From: Macrostomum lignano
Taxonomy: Eukaryota
Assembly (NCBI GenBank): GCA_002269645.1
Contig: NIVC01000785.1
Span: 186,001-250,000 of the forward strand
Reading direction: 5' to 3'
DNA length: 64,000 nt
The position numbers and the translations under genes were made by a program. Each line of letters begins with the position of its first letter. Position 1 is the stretch's first letter. Below are positions 1-12,845 of the stretch, piece after piece. The notes under the pieces were generated by a model. It was given only the letters and a program-made list of their open reading frames with translations. It was not told the DNA's origin and made no database searches.

Positions 1-429
1 TGAGTTAAAAAATCAAGCCATCCATTCTCGCGCAGTGTGCACCTCCACCCCTTTTTAACACTGAGCAAGTAGGCCGCCAATTCTCAAGTGCCGGCGACCC
101 TCCCCCAGCTAAAATGAAATACACTGCAGAGATAGGAGAAAAGTTGTGGCGCAACCATACAAAATAGCGTCAAGTGGGAAGTCCATGGAATGCGATATAT
201 AGACATCTGGTCTGGCTGTCTGGTTTGTGCTGTTTTCTGCTTTTTTGAAGCACTTAAAATTGAAATTTGAAAATGAATTTTAAACTGTAGCATCGTCGGG
301 ACATTTGACATGTTTTGGTACCGGTTTGAAAGTTGAGTTGCAAGAATCCTAGGAGGAGATCGTCGACAAACCCGGCCCACCGGCCCACCCTACCACCGGA
401 CCACGACGTCAGCTTTAGTATATAGAGGA

Positions 430-716
430 TTGATTACACCTGCCCCAATTGGGCCAGATGTGCTACCGACAGCTCAGCCGCAGCTATTGCGCGGCGCATC
501 TGAAGGCTGCGTACGGCTGTTCAGTCCAAGGACTGGGGGGAGGCCGGGGGGGGGGGGTCGCCACACACAGCCTCAATTACACCAGCTAATGCTGGCACCC
601 ATTTCACTCTTGCTCTTGCTCAAGGACACGAATTGTTCCAGTTGGATCGGGAATTGAACCCCCCCTCCCCCACCCACCTTTGAAGTCACGAGTCTGACGC
701 CCTAACCACTAGGCTG
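430..716 (-). mobile_element. tRNA-derived SINE (family B)
   Basis: Minus strand reads GCCTAGTGGTTAGGGCG (A box) ... GGTTCAATTCCC (B box), then GTGTCCTTGAGCAAG and AAATGGGTGCCAGCATTAGCTGG, resembling conserved SINE central domains. A second partial copy lies at ~39660-39735. Left boundary approximate. Confidence 0.65.
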
Positions 717-2751
717 CAATCCCCAGCTTTACACAAGAATACACTTCCGAAGTTACATGAAATGAAACGACGCGACACTGAAGATGAGCCTGAATCTTGA
801 ATTCGGACCCAATGCCAAATTGGCATCCTGTTTTTTCTCCAACCAAGCAGCACACTATGTAATTTAGGTTCCGTAGTTTTAGCAATCCAAACTTCTTTGA
901 AGTATCAGTAATTTCATAATTATTGCGACTCCTAAGATTTGAAAAACATCTAATCAATTATTAAATTTGAGTGATCTGTAAACATGGAGTCTACAGACTT
1001 CTGCAACTTCATTGAGTCAGAGAGACTCAGCAGTGTAAAGGTTAGGGTAGATGTTGCTATTTTATTTTACATGAACTCGGACCCAGGATACCAAATAGCG
1101 CTATTAATCGGAGGCTTAAATTAAGATTTTTATTTAAAATTAAAACGCCAAGCTCTCATTTAGTAACTCACCTTTGTAAATCAAATTTGTTCAACAAAGA
1201 TGTCAGTAAGATGCAGGCAAAAGTGTCACAAATGAAACAAGAGCAACTAGAACTATTTGCTCTTTAAAAAATGTTATATTTCAGCAACTAGGCGAGCTCA
1301 CTAAATAGATGCCGCACAAAAGAATGCTTGCTAGAGTAGAAATTCAATTTTACTTGATAATAACACTCGCGGACAATAAACTGGGTCGGTCGGGGGATTC
1401 ACAGAGCAGGCGCTCGGGAAGGCGGAGAGAAGGCCAGAGAGAAAAAATGAATATACATACATAAAGACATCTAGACAGAGAAATAGAAGACAGAGAACTG
1501 AACAGCATTTTATTGGCTGGAAAGCAGCTCCTTGTACGCGGTGCAAAATAGGGGGAGAGGGTTTAGAGAGAGGGGGAGAGACTTGTCGCGGGTGACTGAA
1601 ACAGTCAGCCCAAACTAGATGCGGGTCATGCGGGACTGCATTCCAACTCTTGGGGCTACCGCTAGGAGTCGCGAAATTATAATATGAGTAAAGAGCTGAG
1701 CATGACCATAGCTGAAGAGACAAAATAAAAAAACGAATAGAGAACAGGAAAACGAAAGACAAACTAGCATTTGCGGGCAATATAGTTTACAAAATAATAC
1801 CAAATTTGTCTGTTTTACGGTACTGAGAATAGCCGAAATAACCTTCAAACGTACTGACAGGCCAGCAGACCAAAGAGGTTATTGTTAAAAAAAGACCGGA
1901 CGAGTGTACATAAATTCTAATAGTAGTAGATTATATAGTAGTGGGAGCCTACACTCATTAGTCAATTACGAGTTGCTCAAGCCTACAGTAACCTGCAAGC
2001 GAGGTCTGAAAATAATAATTATTGAAGCTCAACAGGTGCACGTGAAATCCATGCAATCACAGTCTAACAAAGCATAATTATAGATGGGGGATTAGTATTT
2101 TAACCGAAATCCAGATTCAACTAAGTGAAAATAAGAACAGAAAATCACCCAAGCGGAACTACGCTAAAGCCATCCAGCTCTTCCCAACAACCGAAATTCG
2201 CCTGACCTCGCTCCGTGCTTGGGGCAAGGGCGGGCTTGTCGTAAAGATGTGATTAGCCCAGACAATATTATTTACAGAATCATTTCCTGAGATGATGGAG
2301 CAATTCTATGTTTTTTACTGAACTAAAATGCAAACAGCTATGCTTAAACTATAGTGTCAGAGCTGTAAGTGTAATCTTATCAACTGTACAGGTTTGTAAG
2401 TTGGCGTATACCAAGTACACAGAAAAGGAGGTCATTTTTCAAATCTATGAAAGTTCAAGGTAGGACACAGTGTGTCTAAGTAAAATTACATTAGCTGGCA
2501 GGTTAGAACTGATCTAAACTAGTCTGCAGCTAAAAATAGACCAAACCCTGCACTTACACACTAATGAATAGTAACTCTAAAATGTCCATTAATAAAGCAC
2601 TGGGCGTTTTTATCATTTTTGCAACCGACAGACTAATGAATAAATAATTTAAAAGCCGGGACTCCGGACCCAGATAGCCCAAATTTATTCAAAAGACAAA
2701 ATTTAACCATCACGAGAGAAACCGAATTTACAAATTTCTAATAGGTACTCG

Positions 2752-3025
2752 CATACATGCGCAACAGTCGGCCAAGTCGGCCGATCCGGCCGACCGATTT
2801 GGCGGCCAACCAAGGAAGTCGCAAAAATGCCCACCTGAAAAAATACCAAAGTAGTAGTACTAAGTAGCTGACGAGGCATTTTGACTTAATAAGACAGTCA
2901 TAGTTACTCCTGCCGTTTACCCAAAGTAGCGTTAATTTCGTGTTAGGGTTTTTTTACATGTAAGTCGCATTTTTGTTAAAACTAAGTCGCATGGCCGACC
3001 GAATTTTGGAGGTTGCGCATGTATG
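2752..3025. mobile_element. hAT-type MITE
   Basis: Perfect 14-bp TIR CATACATGCGCAAC; perfect 8-bp TSD GGTACTCG (2744-2751, 3026-3033); subterminal GGCCGA repeats. Confidence 0.9.
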
Positions 3026-3044
3026 GGTACTCGTGAAATAGATC

Positions 3045-3500
3045 AATTAGGCTAAGGAATCAGGTTGGCTAACAATCAATCAGGCTAAGAAATCAGGTTG
3101 GCTAACAATCAAGCAGACTAAGGAATCAGGTTGGCTAACAATAAGCAGGCTAAGGAGTCAGGTGGCTAACGCTCAATCATGCTAAAAAGATAGGGTTGCG
3201 AACGCTCAATCAGGCTAAGGAGCTAGGGTTGCTAAGGCTCAATCATGCTAAGAAGATAGGGTTGCTAACGCTCAATCAGGCTAAGGAGCTAATGTTGCCA
3301 AAGATCAAGCAGGCTAAGGCGCTAGGGTTGCCAACGATCAAGTAGGCTAAGGCGCTAAGGTTGCCAACGATCAAGCAGGCTAAGGAGCTAGTGTTGCCAA
3401 CGATCAAGCAGGCTAAGGAGCTAGTGTTGCCAACGATCAAGCAGTCTAAGGAGCTAGTGTTTCCAACGATCAAGCAGACTAAGGAATCAGATGGCAAACG
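3045..3500. repeat. ~30-33 bp minisatellite
   Basis: Units such as AACGATCAAGCAGGCTAAGGAGCTAGTGTTGCC, drifting in sequence along the array. Confidence 0.9.
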
Positions 3501-4378
3501 ATCAATCATGCTAGAGAAATCAAATCAGGCTGATAAGCAAGTTCCAGTTAAGGAGCATAATTACAACTTATACAACAAAGCATACTAGAGCAAAGCCGCT
3601 TAGCACTAGCTAGTTAGCTATACTCATACTCGCTTGATAATTAAGAAGGTAAGCCAAAAAAATGCATAAATCTTCCATCTCAATAAAGCACTAATTTCTT
3701 GCTAGAGCTATTTCTGCCCCGAAGAATCATGATGATCTATAGTCAAGTAGGTACGCGTCCACTCCATAGCGAATGAAGTAATTCGAGAGGTTTAATCTCC
3801 CAACATGCATTGAACTGTCCTAAGAAGCCACAGCCACACCCTAAATGCATACTTTTTCGTGACTATTTCTTAGTAAACTAATTCAAGCCATTTGATTGCT
3901 TTGAAAGAATCATACATTCGTTAAGATGAATTTTCAAATGCTATATGTTTTATTAAAAGCATGGAGGATAGGCCTAACCACACCCTCATTCAGCAAATAT
4001 CTCAAAAAGGATCTATTCATATGTACCATGGATATAACTGAATTTGAATGAGTTAGCCTTGCCATTTGTCTTGGAAACAACAATGATTTCTACTGTCCCA
4101 ATTGACCAATAAACTAGTCTCACTGTAAAATAGGAATGCTACACTACATGCTTGGCATTGTAGTCATGCATCCCAATGTTATCATTAAAAACTGGTTATA
4201 ATAGGCTTGGCATGCCTTTTACTAACTTTGATAAGTTTTCTATTCTAATACCATTGACAATATTAAGATCTGGTTATTCAAGGGAGCTATAGAGCCTATC
4301 TTGCTATATATGGGCTAGTGGAGGTAGTCCCTATTATAATAGGTTAACTAGCTTATATTGCACTTTAGATGTTTCTTA

Positions 4379-5494
4379 TGTAGTGAGCCGCTAGTTTATG
4401 GCTAGGCGTCACCCTTGTCAGCCGTTCCCTCGCCCTCCCTTTGGGTTGCTGTCTGCCGCTGGTCAGCTTCCCGCCCTCCTTTCGCTTGCCTGTTGCCCCC
4501 GTGTCCTTTCCGCCCTGCTGCGTTTCCGTTCTCAGCCCTCAGTCTCTCGACTGTGGGCTGTCTCTGTTTCGCTCCCGTCCCGTTTTCCCTGTCTTGTGAG
4601 CAAGTCACATGACAGTTCTTGCGTTCTTTGAGTCTTAAAGTGCAGTAAACATGTTTACTGCACTCGTTGGCCCTGTTTACCGGGTGAGTCACGTGCTTTC
4701 GGACCCCTCCCTTCTCTAAGGAGAGGAGTGACTCATGTTGCTAAAAATAGCAACTGAGTCACAGCCGCGTGTACTCTGGCCGGGGACCTCAAGTGACGTC
4801 AGTTCTAAAAATAGAACAAGTCACGAGGTCTTCCGCGCGCTTGTACCCTGCCCAAGACTCTCGAGTGACGTCAGTTCTAAAAATAGAACAAGTCACGAGG
4901 TCTGGAGCGTGGGAATTTCCCGGCTATAAATAGGAGCCCTCTCCCCCTTGTTTCCGTCAAGGAGTCTTCCTTCTGTTCAACCTCGAGTTCTACGTCCGCG
5001 TGTGACTAAGTCCCGAGTGTCCGAGTCTTTGCGCACATTGATTCTGTTCCTATTGCTCCGACTGAGACCCGACCAAACCAACCCAAGTCTACGAGAGGCT
5101 AACTCAGCCCTCCCTGTACCATCCAAGCCCGGCAGGTGCTGCTGACGAGACGCCTTATACGTTGAGCTGCAAATCTGCACGTCGTGCTGTGTTCGTTGAC
5201 TTCATTATTTCGTTCCGACGGGAAGCTCACCTCACCGAAGGCCGAGACCTGAAGGAACTGGTGGCAGCACTACCTACGCTACTGAGAGAGTTCAGAAGGC
5301 TTCCGAGTGAGAAGACGGAGGGCCCAAGTCACTGCGCTGTACAGCAGGACAACCACAGGTACAACATTGGTGGCAGAGGTGGGATTCAAAGACCTACCAG
5401 GCCACCCCGAGAAAACCCCAAAGTATTTCACTGGTGGCAGCGGTGGGATTCAAAGACCTACCAGGCCACCCCGAGAAAACCCCAAAGTATTTCA
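4379..5494 (+). mobile_element. Solo LTR, probably Gypsy-like, copy 1 (young)
   Basis: TG...CA termini; 4-bp TSD CTTA on both sides; TATAAATA at 4925; duplicated U3 enhancer block; two tRNA-Leu PBS-like motifs (5368-5387, 5432-5451); homologous to 58557-59639. Confidence 0.88.
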
Positions 5495-5610
5495 CTTACT
5501 ATTAGCTACTATATTATAAGATAGCTAGCAACCTGCTTGCAAGTGCCATGACTACTAAAGTACCAATTATATTCCAAATCATGTTGACTACATGGTCGAA
5601 TATACATAAC

Positions 5611-5965
5611 CAGGGGTAGATTTAATAGGGGGGGGGGGGTAGGGGGAGGGGCAGCTGCCCCCCCGCAAATAGCTTGAAAGAACATATTGCGCCCCCCATA
5701 ACCTGAGTTTATGCCTCTCTAAACTTGATTTTTTATCCCAATGCCTTTTTTGTGCCTTTAAGTTTGACTTTTCCCCCTTTACATGCATTTTTGCACCCCT
5801 AAGCTAGATTTTTTCCCTCTAAATGCATTTTTGGATTCCTAAGCTTGACTTTTCCCTTTATACACATATTTTTGGCAACCCCTAGCTTCAAAATTGGTGT
5901 CCCTTTTACTTATGTTGGCACCCCAAACTTGGACCCCCCAAAATGAAACTCTAGATCTGCCACTA
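5611..5965. mobile_element. hAT-type MITE (old)
   Basis: Imperfect TIRs CAGGGGTAGATTTA / TAGATCTGCCACTA; flanks TACATAAC vs GATATAAC (6/8, decayed TSD); internal degenerate tandem units. Confidence 0.6.
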
Positions 5966-8306
5966 GATATAACATAATATACATTTTTTTAATTTGCTAA
6001 TGATAAAACTCATAAAAGTAAGAATGTAAAAAGTAAATAGGCTTATAATATAATTATTATTGTTTAATCTAAATATACTAAATCTCTAATATTTGTTTGT
6101 TTGTATGCTTGTCCATAACGCTCTAGAGATTGCAATTCTTCACCGATTTTGATCGCGTTTTCGCCAAAACATTCAAAATTTATAAAACTTACTATATACC
6201 ATGCCTTTATGCCTTAAATAGGCCTATAATATATTTATAGTAGGCCATATTATACTTATATTTTATCATGATATACTATGCCATGCTACTATATTACTAT
6301 GCTAGGCTTGTGTACCCTAAATCTTTGCCAATATAAGCTATAGCCATAGGCCTACTAAAGCTTTATAATAACATTTTTTATCCAAAACTAAATCTTCTTT
6401 ATAACTAATACTAGAATATTATAAAATAAGATAAACAATATTTTTAGACTATTAAAACATAACTTTCAACAATAACAATTTGTCTTAATGGGCCATTGTC
6501 TCTTAGGTTCTATAGCCATGGTTCATGGTTGGCAAGATGCCCTTTCCCTAGACCCTAGCTACCTTAATGTTATAATCTTATATCTAACCTGTTCTAACTA
6601 AGTACCTAGGCTATGCATTAATTAAAGCTAAGCCTATACTATACCCACTTGAAAATGCTCTAGCGGCCCACAAGGGGTCTGCTAGGGGCCATCGGCAAAC
6701 TAGCGGGAAGGTTGGCCGAGAAATTTTCCAAACTGAGCACTAGCGGGATGATGGGGGGTGCCGCTATAGTGACAAGCCGCTAGATTCCTGCTACTTTCCC
6801 GCTAGGCAGCTTGTCATGTTGTCCGGCCGAATCACGTAGAAAAACAAGCTCATACTAAAGTAAAATAACATTGCCAGATAAGATAAATTATTATTAATTA
6901 AATATATAAAAAATAATTTGCAACAAATAATTTTATACCTATGAAGCCAGGCACCCCACAGTTTTTAAATGTATCCATTCTCCATGCGTGCTCACCAGAA
7001 TAATATCACAGCAGACGGCAGACTATACAGCAGAGATTTAGGAGCAACTGAATCCAATAATCATACAAACTGTGTTCATAATATGCATTGCTTAGATTAT
7101 TTGCAAAAACGCTGGATTTTAGGCAACCGGACCGTTTGACAGATAAATATGCATCCATCAGGCGAAATCCCATGAAACAGCCTGAATTTTTAGATATTCC
7201 TCATTCATTGATTCTGCTATTTCTGCATTGCTGAACACTATAAATATATTTTGCTCAATCTACCAGTCTTATAGTTGATTCGCCAGCTAAGTATTCACCA
7301 TTTAAGTCCCACATATCGTTTAAATTACCAGCCTGCTCCATGTGTTCCACAATTTACAATTTTAACATGACAATTATTGAAGCATGCTCTAGTCCATACA
7401 ATTTTATGCCAATATTTTATTAGCTTGTACTACTTGCTAGTATGGAATAATTGGTACAGTTTGCTCTTGACAGTTGACTGTACTTTAGTATGGAATTAAA
7501 TGCTTTAAAGCTATTTATTGAAATTTTCTTTTGGAATTAATGCAAAATTGATTTGAATAATTTGAATATATATTTTTTAATATAATGCTAAGACATGTTT
7601 TTATATCATTGGTTTAGTGAGTAAATGTGCATTATTAATTGACTTTTAATGTGACCTTAATGTAATACTTAATGTACTTAATGAAAATCTTGTCTGCAAT
7701 TATATTGTTACACTTGGAAAACAAGTTTAAATTAACTTGTTTACTGTTTGCAACTTTTTAGTTTTGAATCTCAAATAATTTAGCAGAGTTTAACAGTTGT
7801 CTCACTGGCTCTGGGGTTTTCTGCAAATCCAATGTGAAATATCTTTACACAGGCATTATATGAAGTTATTTTGTTTATACTGAATAAAACTGTTTATGAG
7901 TACTAAGTATTCTAGCATGCTCAAACTTGTAGGTTCTAATAAAATTTTGCATGATTTGTTTACAAAAATTGTTTACAAATAATTTCCAATTGTTTAATCT
8001 AGATTTTTAATTGATATTTTTAGGTAAATGTGATTTTAACTGATAAATTAATTTCTAACTATTCAGTTTAATATTATTATATACATTTATTTTTATTGGT
8101 TACTGATATGAAAAAGTGACAAATGGAGTAGATGGGATACTAAATATGTTAATTTGAATAGTTAAAAGGAAGAATGTTGTGTTGCATTTCCTTATATGAT
8201 TCAGATGGTTAATCAATAGTCCATTAGCTAATCAATTCTAAGGGTTCTAAGATCATTTTTATTGTAACACAAACTTAAATTGAGTGTAATTTATTGGACA
8301 TTCTAG

Positions 8307-8549
8307 CAATGTCTTCACGAATTCATCGGCCCAATGGATTCGCTCGTACAAGCCGCAGCTCGCCGTGCGCACCCCACCGAAGTTGAAACTGACATCATCG
8401 ACGCCATTGCGAAGACGTTGAAGAACTCGCGCGACAGAGATGGCGGCAGAGAAGACAGGAGACGCCGGGAGCCTGAACAACTGGAGCGCCAGGGCGGTCA
8501 ACCGAGGTCCCGATGCCGGAAAAGGCGCTCGGACAATTCGCTCACCTGA
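8307..8549 (+). pseudogene. Last exon of a transposon accessory gene (DUF4806-like C-terminus)
   Basis: Acceptor TTCTAG, then QCLHEFIGPMDSLVQAAARRAHPTEVETDIIDAIAKTLKNSRDRDGGR. The LK-x2-RDRDGGR ending resembles proteins of animal EnSpm-type elements (recalled, not searched). Confidence 0.45.
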
Positions 8550-8560
8550 TTTACATTCAT

Positions 8561-8712
8561 CTCACGCTCATCTCATTCAACTCTCTCTCATTCAACTCTC
8601 TCATTTAACTCTCTCATTCAACTCTCTCATTCAACCCTCTAATTCAGCTCTCTCTCATTCAACTCTCTCTCATTTAACTCTCTCTTTTTTAACTCTATCA
8701 TTAAACTCTCAT
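8561..8712. repeat. CTCTCATTCAACT-like minisatellite
   Basis: About 10 degenerate 13-17 bp units directly after the 8549 stop. Confidence 0.8.
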
Positions 8713-9693
8713 CGTCTAATCTTCTGTGAGTATTTTAACTATACTACTATATAGCAAAAATTAATATAAGTAACTATAACTTTATGCTCATTTCTCACTA
8801 AGTTTCGCTCTCCCTTGTTAAACGACAAGTCTCTTTATGATAACCCGCTTTTATTCCTTGGCAAGTCATGGTGTGAAAGCCATTTGCTTACCAAAAGTGA
8901 CTGCAAATGCTACTGTAAAATAGTTTAAATTGAATTTTGCTACGGTATGGCTGCTGTGTACGAGTACTTCATGAAGAAGAATGGCGACACTCAAAGTGTG
9001 GGGGGCTGACTGGGGCACGCCGCTATTGCAAGGGGCTGTCAAGGGGCACGCCGCCACCACAAGGGGCTTTTAAGGGGTACACCGCTAGTGGCCCCCTAAG
9101 CGGGCCACTAGCGGAGCCGCGGTGCAAATGCTAGCGGGGGTTTAGGGGGCCGAAGGGGGCTGCCGATAAAGGCCCGCCAGCGGCAGAGCTGTTTTTTTCA
9201 AGCGGGTAATCATATAATCTATATTGATAGAAAACCTATTAAACATTGCTTTGACTCTTTAGATTGCCATTCTCAGTCCCACTGACTGAAGTCTTTTAAC
9301 CTGTTTAAATAGCATATGCTTTCTTTCCTTGCTAGGCCTAACACTGGTCTCTAGTATCAATAATAACATTAATGAATAGAAAAAAAATAATATTTAAAAT
9401 GTTTTTATTCATTGGGCCTAAGCCCTAATGATAGGCCCTATTATTTTTAGTGATTATATGGTAATATTTATAAACATATATAGGCCTAGCACTTATGCCT
9501 TAGGCCTATAGTATACCACCTAAGCCTTTCTAATTAGCAAGATGAAATTAAAAAGACAATTTTTAGACAAGGTAGGCCTAATAAAAATTGATCCTATTTT
9601 AGTATTATAAAAATCAAACTTGTTTCATAGGGCCTAGGCATAAATAAATATACAGAAGCTATACTGTAATGTGAACTGTATTATATTTACAGG

Positions 9694-9880
9694 TCTATAT
9701 GACTTTTGATAACATTTCAGTTTCAGACATACATTTAATACTTTTTCGTGACACTTAAAATGTCACAAAGTGTCAGAAAGTGTCATAACAATTAACTTTT
9801 TTGATACATTTTCAGACACTTTTTTCAGTATTTTAAGTGTCAGAAGATGTGTCTGAAAATGTGTTAGCGAAAGTTATAGA
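9694..9880. mobile_element. Palindromic MITE-like element
   Basis: Ends are imperfect inverted repeats (TCTAT(AT)GACTTTTGATAACA vs TCTATAACTTTCGCTAACA); AGGTCTATAT occurs at both junctions. Confidence 0.55.
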
Positions 9881-11888
9881 GGTCTATATTTGCTAAATTT
9901 GATTTAGCTAAAACTCTTAGTCTTAGTTAGTTAGATTTAGAACATAGAAGTTATTTTTATCAAGTGAAAATTGAGGCCCCACTTTCAGTTCTATAGTATG
10001 ATTGGCAAATCAAAACAAAAAACCCTGGTCTGGTCTTGTCTGTTGATGATAATCAGGTGCTGGATCGGACCAACGTGCTGCCAGTGCCATGCTGAAAAAA
10101 ACCAAGTGAGTCTCTGCCAAAAACGAATTTCCAAGAAACCTTTGTTATCGCGTCTTTCATTGATTTTAACAAATTCTTTTTAGGATAAGCCTATAGGAAG
10201 CCTCAGTCTTCTAAATTATCCAATTTCTCACTGAAAAAATGGTGATTAGGTTGTTCAAGTGCTGACTAAATTATCTGGTGCTAAAAATGAAGTTTTTAAT
10301 CAAATTTTGGGGTTAAATATGTGCTGCAGGTTAGTATGAGTAGGTCGAGCCGTACCACCACCGCCGTGCAGTTACCGCTATTAGCAAAGAAAAAAATGTT
10401 TTTTTACACTTTTCTAATCCAGTCTGAAAATAAAAAATTACAGCCATAAATTATGTGCTATACAAGCACAATGACCAGCAATTTGGGCTAAAGTGAGCAT
10501 GTACATATGAATTTAAAGGATGCTTATTATAAATATCCATATCAGATAGCAGAAAAAAGCAGAAGATAGATATGAAAAATTAGCATAGAATTCTAATTAT
10601 TTGAACGAAAAGCTTTATGAATATCGATAGAGCAATAAGAATTAGGCACAGCATATCAAAAGATGAACACTGGACCTGCCTCCTATCAAAAGGAATAACA
10701 ATTTTTGTGCTGAAAAAATGATGAAAACTTCCTATCTCCGTAGTGAATTTTTATTCGGGAAAACCTGCCTTCTAAAATTTTCTAAGAAACGAGGTTTCCC
10801 GTCCTTCTACTTAAGTCTTCCTTGGTACATAGCATACATGTAGCATACATTAATATTTTTCTGCGAGTAAAATGCACTCATGTCGCACGGGATTCATAGA
10901 TAAGAACCTGCATGTTACTATTAGTATAACTAATTCTTGCATGGTCTAAACACTCTACCATGCACATGTATTTACATTTCACAGATTCAAGATCAGTCCC
11001 AAGACCCTATAGCTATGCAGACCATTTGAAACTATCAAAAACCAAAACCACTGTGGCATCGAAGACGAGATGACCCCCTTTATGGTATCTCAAATATAAT
11101 TGATAGATGACAGCCCCTTTGACCTCACAAGGATAACTGTCCTATGCAATGGGTAATCTCAAATCTCAGGGGGTTCCCTATAGCTGTTCCGGTCCTACAT
11201 AGCTGTTCCGCGATTCCCTGCCGTAAAAGCAACCAGCACAAGTTTTTAACGAAAAAATTGCTGCGATATATACACGTAGGAGAAATAGACAGTTTAGCTA
11301 CAACACGGCACGTGCTGCAGTCCAGCGTTTCAGACAGAACTGAAAGCTTCAATTATTAGCTTAGGTAGCAATTGTAGCGATACAGAAATATACATTCTGC
11401 TCGTTGAACTTCTCTGGTTTCTGTTCATTCCGTCTTTTTTTGCTTCTCTGATGCTGCTGCTTGCGGTAAATTGGCAACCGCGGGGAGCGCTCCAGGTTCA
11501 GGATGGATGCTTGCTTCAATTAACTTTGCCGTCTTTTTGCATTCATGAAGCTTAGCTTAATAATGGGACGCGGGCCTGCATCGGGCGGACAGCTGGAACT
11601 AATAAGCTATAGCTTCTGCACAGCGTTTTACCCGAGGACTAGCAGATAAGCAAGCGATGTTAGTTTGTGTTTTAAGATTTACACTGCCTGGCCGGACTAA
11701 TGCAGAAATTCAAGAGTATGTATACTTCGTAAATGCATGTGCACACCTGTTGAAGTTTAAGACAATAAGGATCGCTAAGAATTACAGATAAGAAAGGACG
11801 GGACATGCTCTTGCAGCAATGATCCAAGTCATAACGATTTTTTAGATTTTTAGTATCCTGTATACAAGAATATACACATGACGGATAT

Positions 11889-12845
11889 TCTCTCCTCTCC
11901 TCTCCTCTTCTCTCCTCTCCTCTCCTCTCCTTTCCTCTCCTCTCCTCTCCTCTCCTCTCCTCTCCTCTCCTCTCCTCTCCTCTCCTTTCCTCTCCTCTCC
12001 TCTCCTCTCCTCTCCTCTCCTCTCCTCTCCTCTCCTCTCCTCTCCTCTCCTCTCCTCTTTTCTTCTCTCCTTTCCTATCCTATCCTCTCCTCTCCTCTCC
12101 TTTCCTCTCCTCTCCTCTCCTCTCCTCTCCTTTTCTTTCCTCTCCTCTTTTCTTCTCTCCTTTCCTCTCCTTTCCTCTTCTCTCCTCTCCTCTCCTCTCC
12201 TCTCCTCTCCTCTCCTCTCCTCTCCCCTCCTCTCCTTTCCTCTCCTCTCCTCTCCTCTCCTCTCCTCTCCTCTCCTCTCCTCTCCCCTCCTCTCCTTTCC
12301 TCTCCTCTCCTCTCCTCTCCTCTCCTCTCCTCTTCTCTCCTCTCCTCTCCTCTCCTCTCCTTTCCTCTCCTCTCCTCTCCTCTCCTCTCCTCTCCTCTCC
12401 TCTCCTCTCCTCTCCTCTCCTCTCCTCTCCTCTCCTCTCCTCTCCTCTCCTCTCCTCTCCTCTCCTCTCCTCTCCTCTCCTCTCCTCTCCTCTCCTCTCC
12501 TCTCCTCTCCTCTCCTCTCCTCTCCTCTCCTCTCCTCTCCTCTCCTCTCCTCTCCTCTCCTCTCCTCTCCTCTCCTCTCCTCTCCTCTCCTCTCTCTCTC
12601 TCTCCTCTCCTCTCCTCTCCTCTCCTCTGCTCTCCTCTCCTCTCCTCTCCTCTCCTCTCCTCTCCTCTCCTCTCCTCTGCTCTCCTTTCATCTCCTCTCC
12701 TCTCTTCTCATCTTCTCTTCTCTCTTTTACTCTCCTCTACTCACATCGGTCCTCTCTCCTCCTCTCCCCTCCTCTCCTCTCCTCTCCTCTCTTTTTATCT
12801 CCTCTCCTCTCCTCTTTTCTTCTCTCATTTTCTTTCCTATCCTCT
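11889..12845. repeat. (TCTCC)n pentanucleotide microsatellite
   Basis: Long near-perfect run with degenerate ends; explains the LLSSP/EERRG ORFs. Confidence 0.98.

Larger units (their letters stand above)
6644..9206 (+). mobile_element. CMC/EnSpm-like DNA transposon (decayed)
   Basis: TIR CCC(A/G)CTTGAAAA at both ends; TA 2-bp TSD; many subterminal CCGCTAG/CTAGCGG motifs at both ends; internal coding remnant. Confidence 0.75.

Noticed and set aside
655-716. Possible tRNA gene (also 24355-24420 and 39937-40000)
   Set aside because: A/B boxes only; no full cloverleaf; continue into SINE bodies.
1329-1859. Possible minus-strand solo LTR (TG...CA, CCAATAAAA)
   Set aside because: No matching TSD and no second copy in the window.
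10058-10110. Small AG...GTGAGT-bounded candidate exon
   Set aside because: No partner exons or recognisable peptide.
11340-11480. KPEKFNE peptide on the minus strand resembling a class C GPCR loop
   Set aside because: No flanking TM helices; nearby stops; probably chance.
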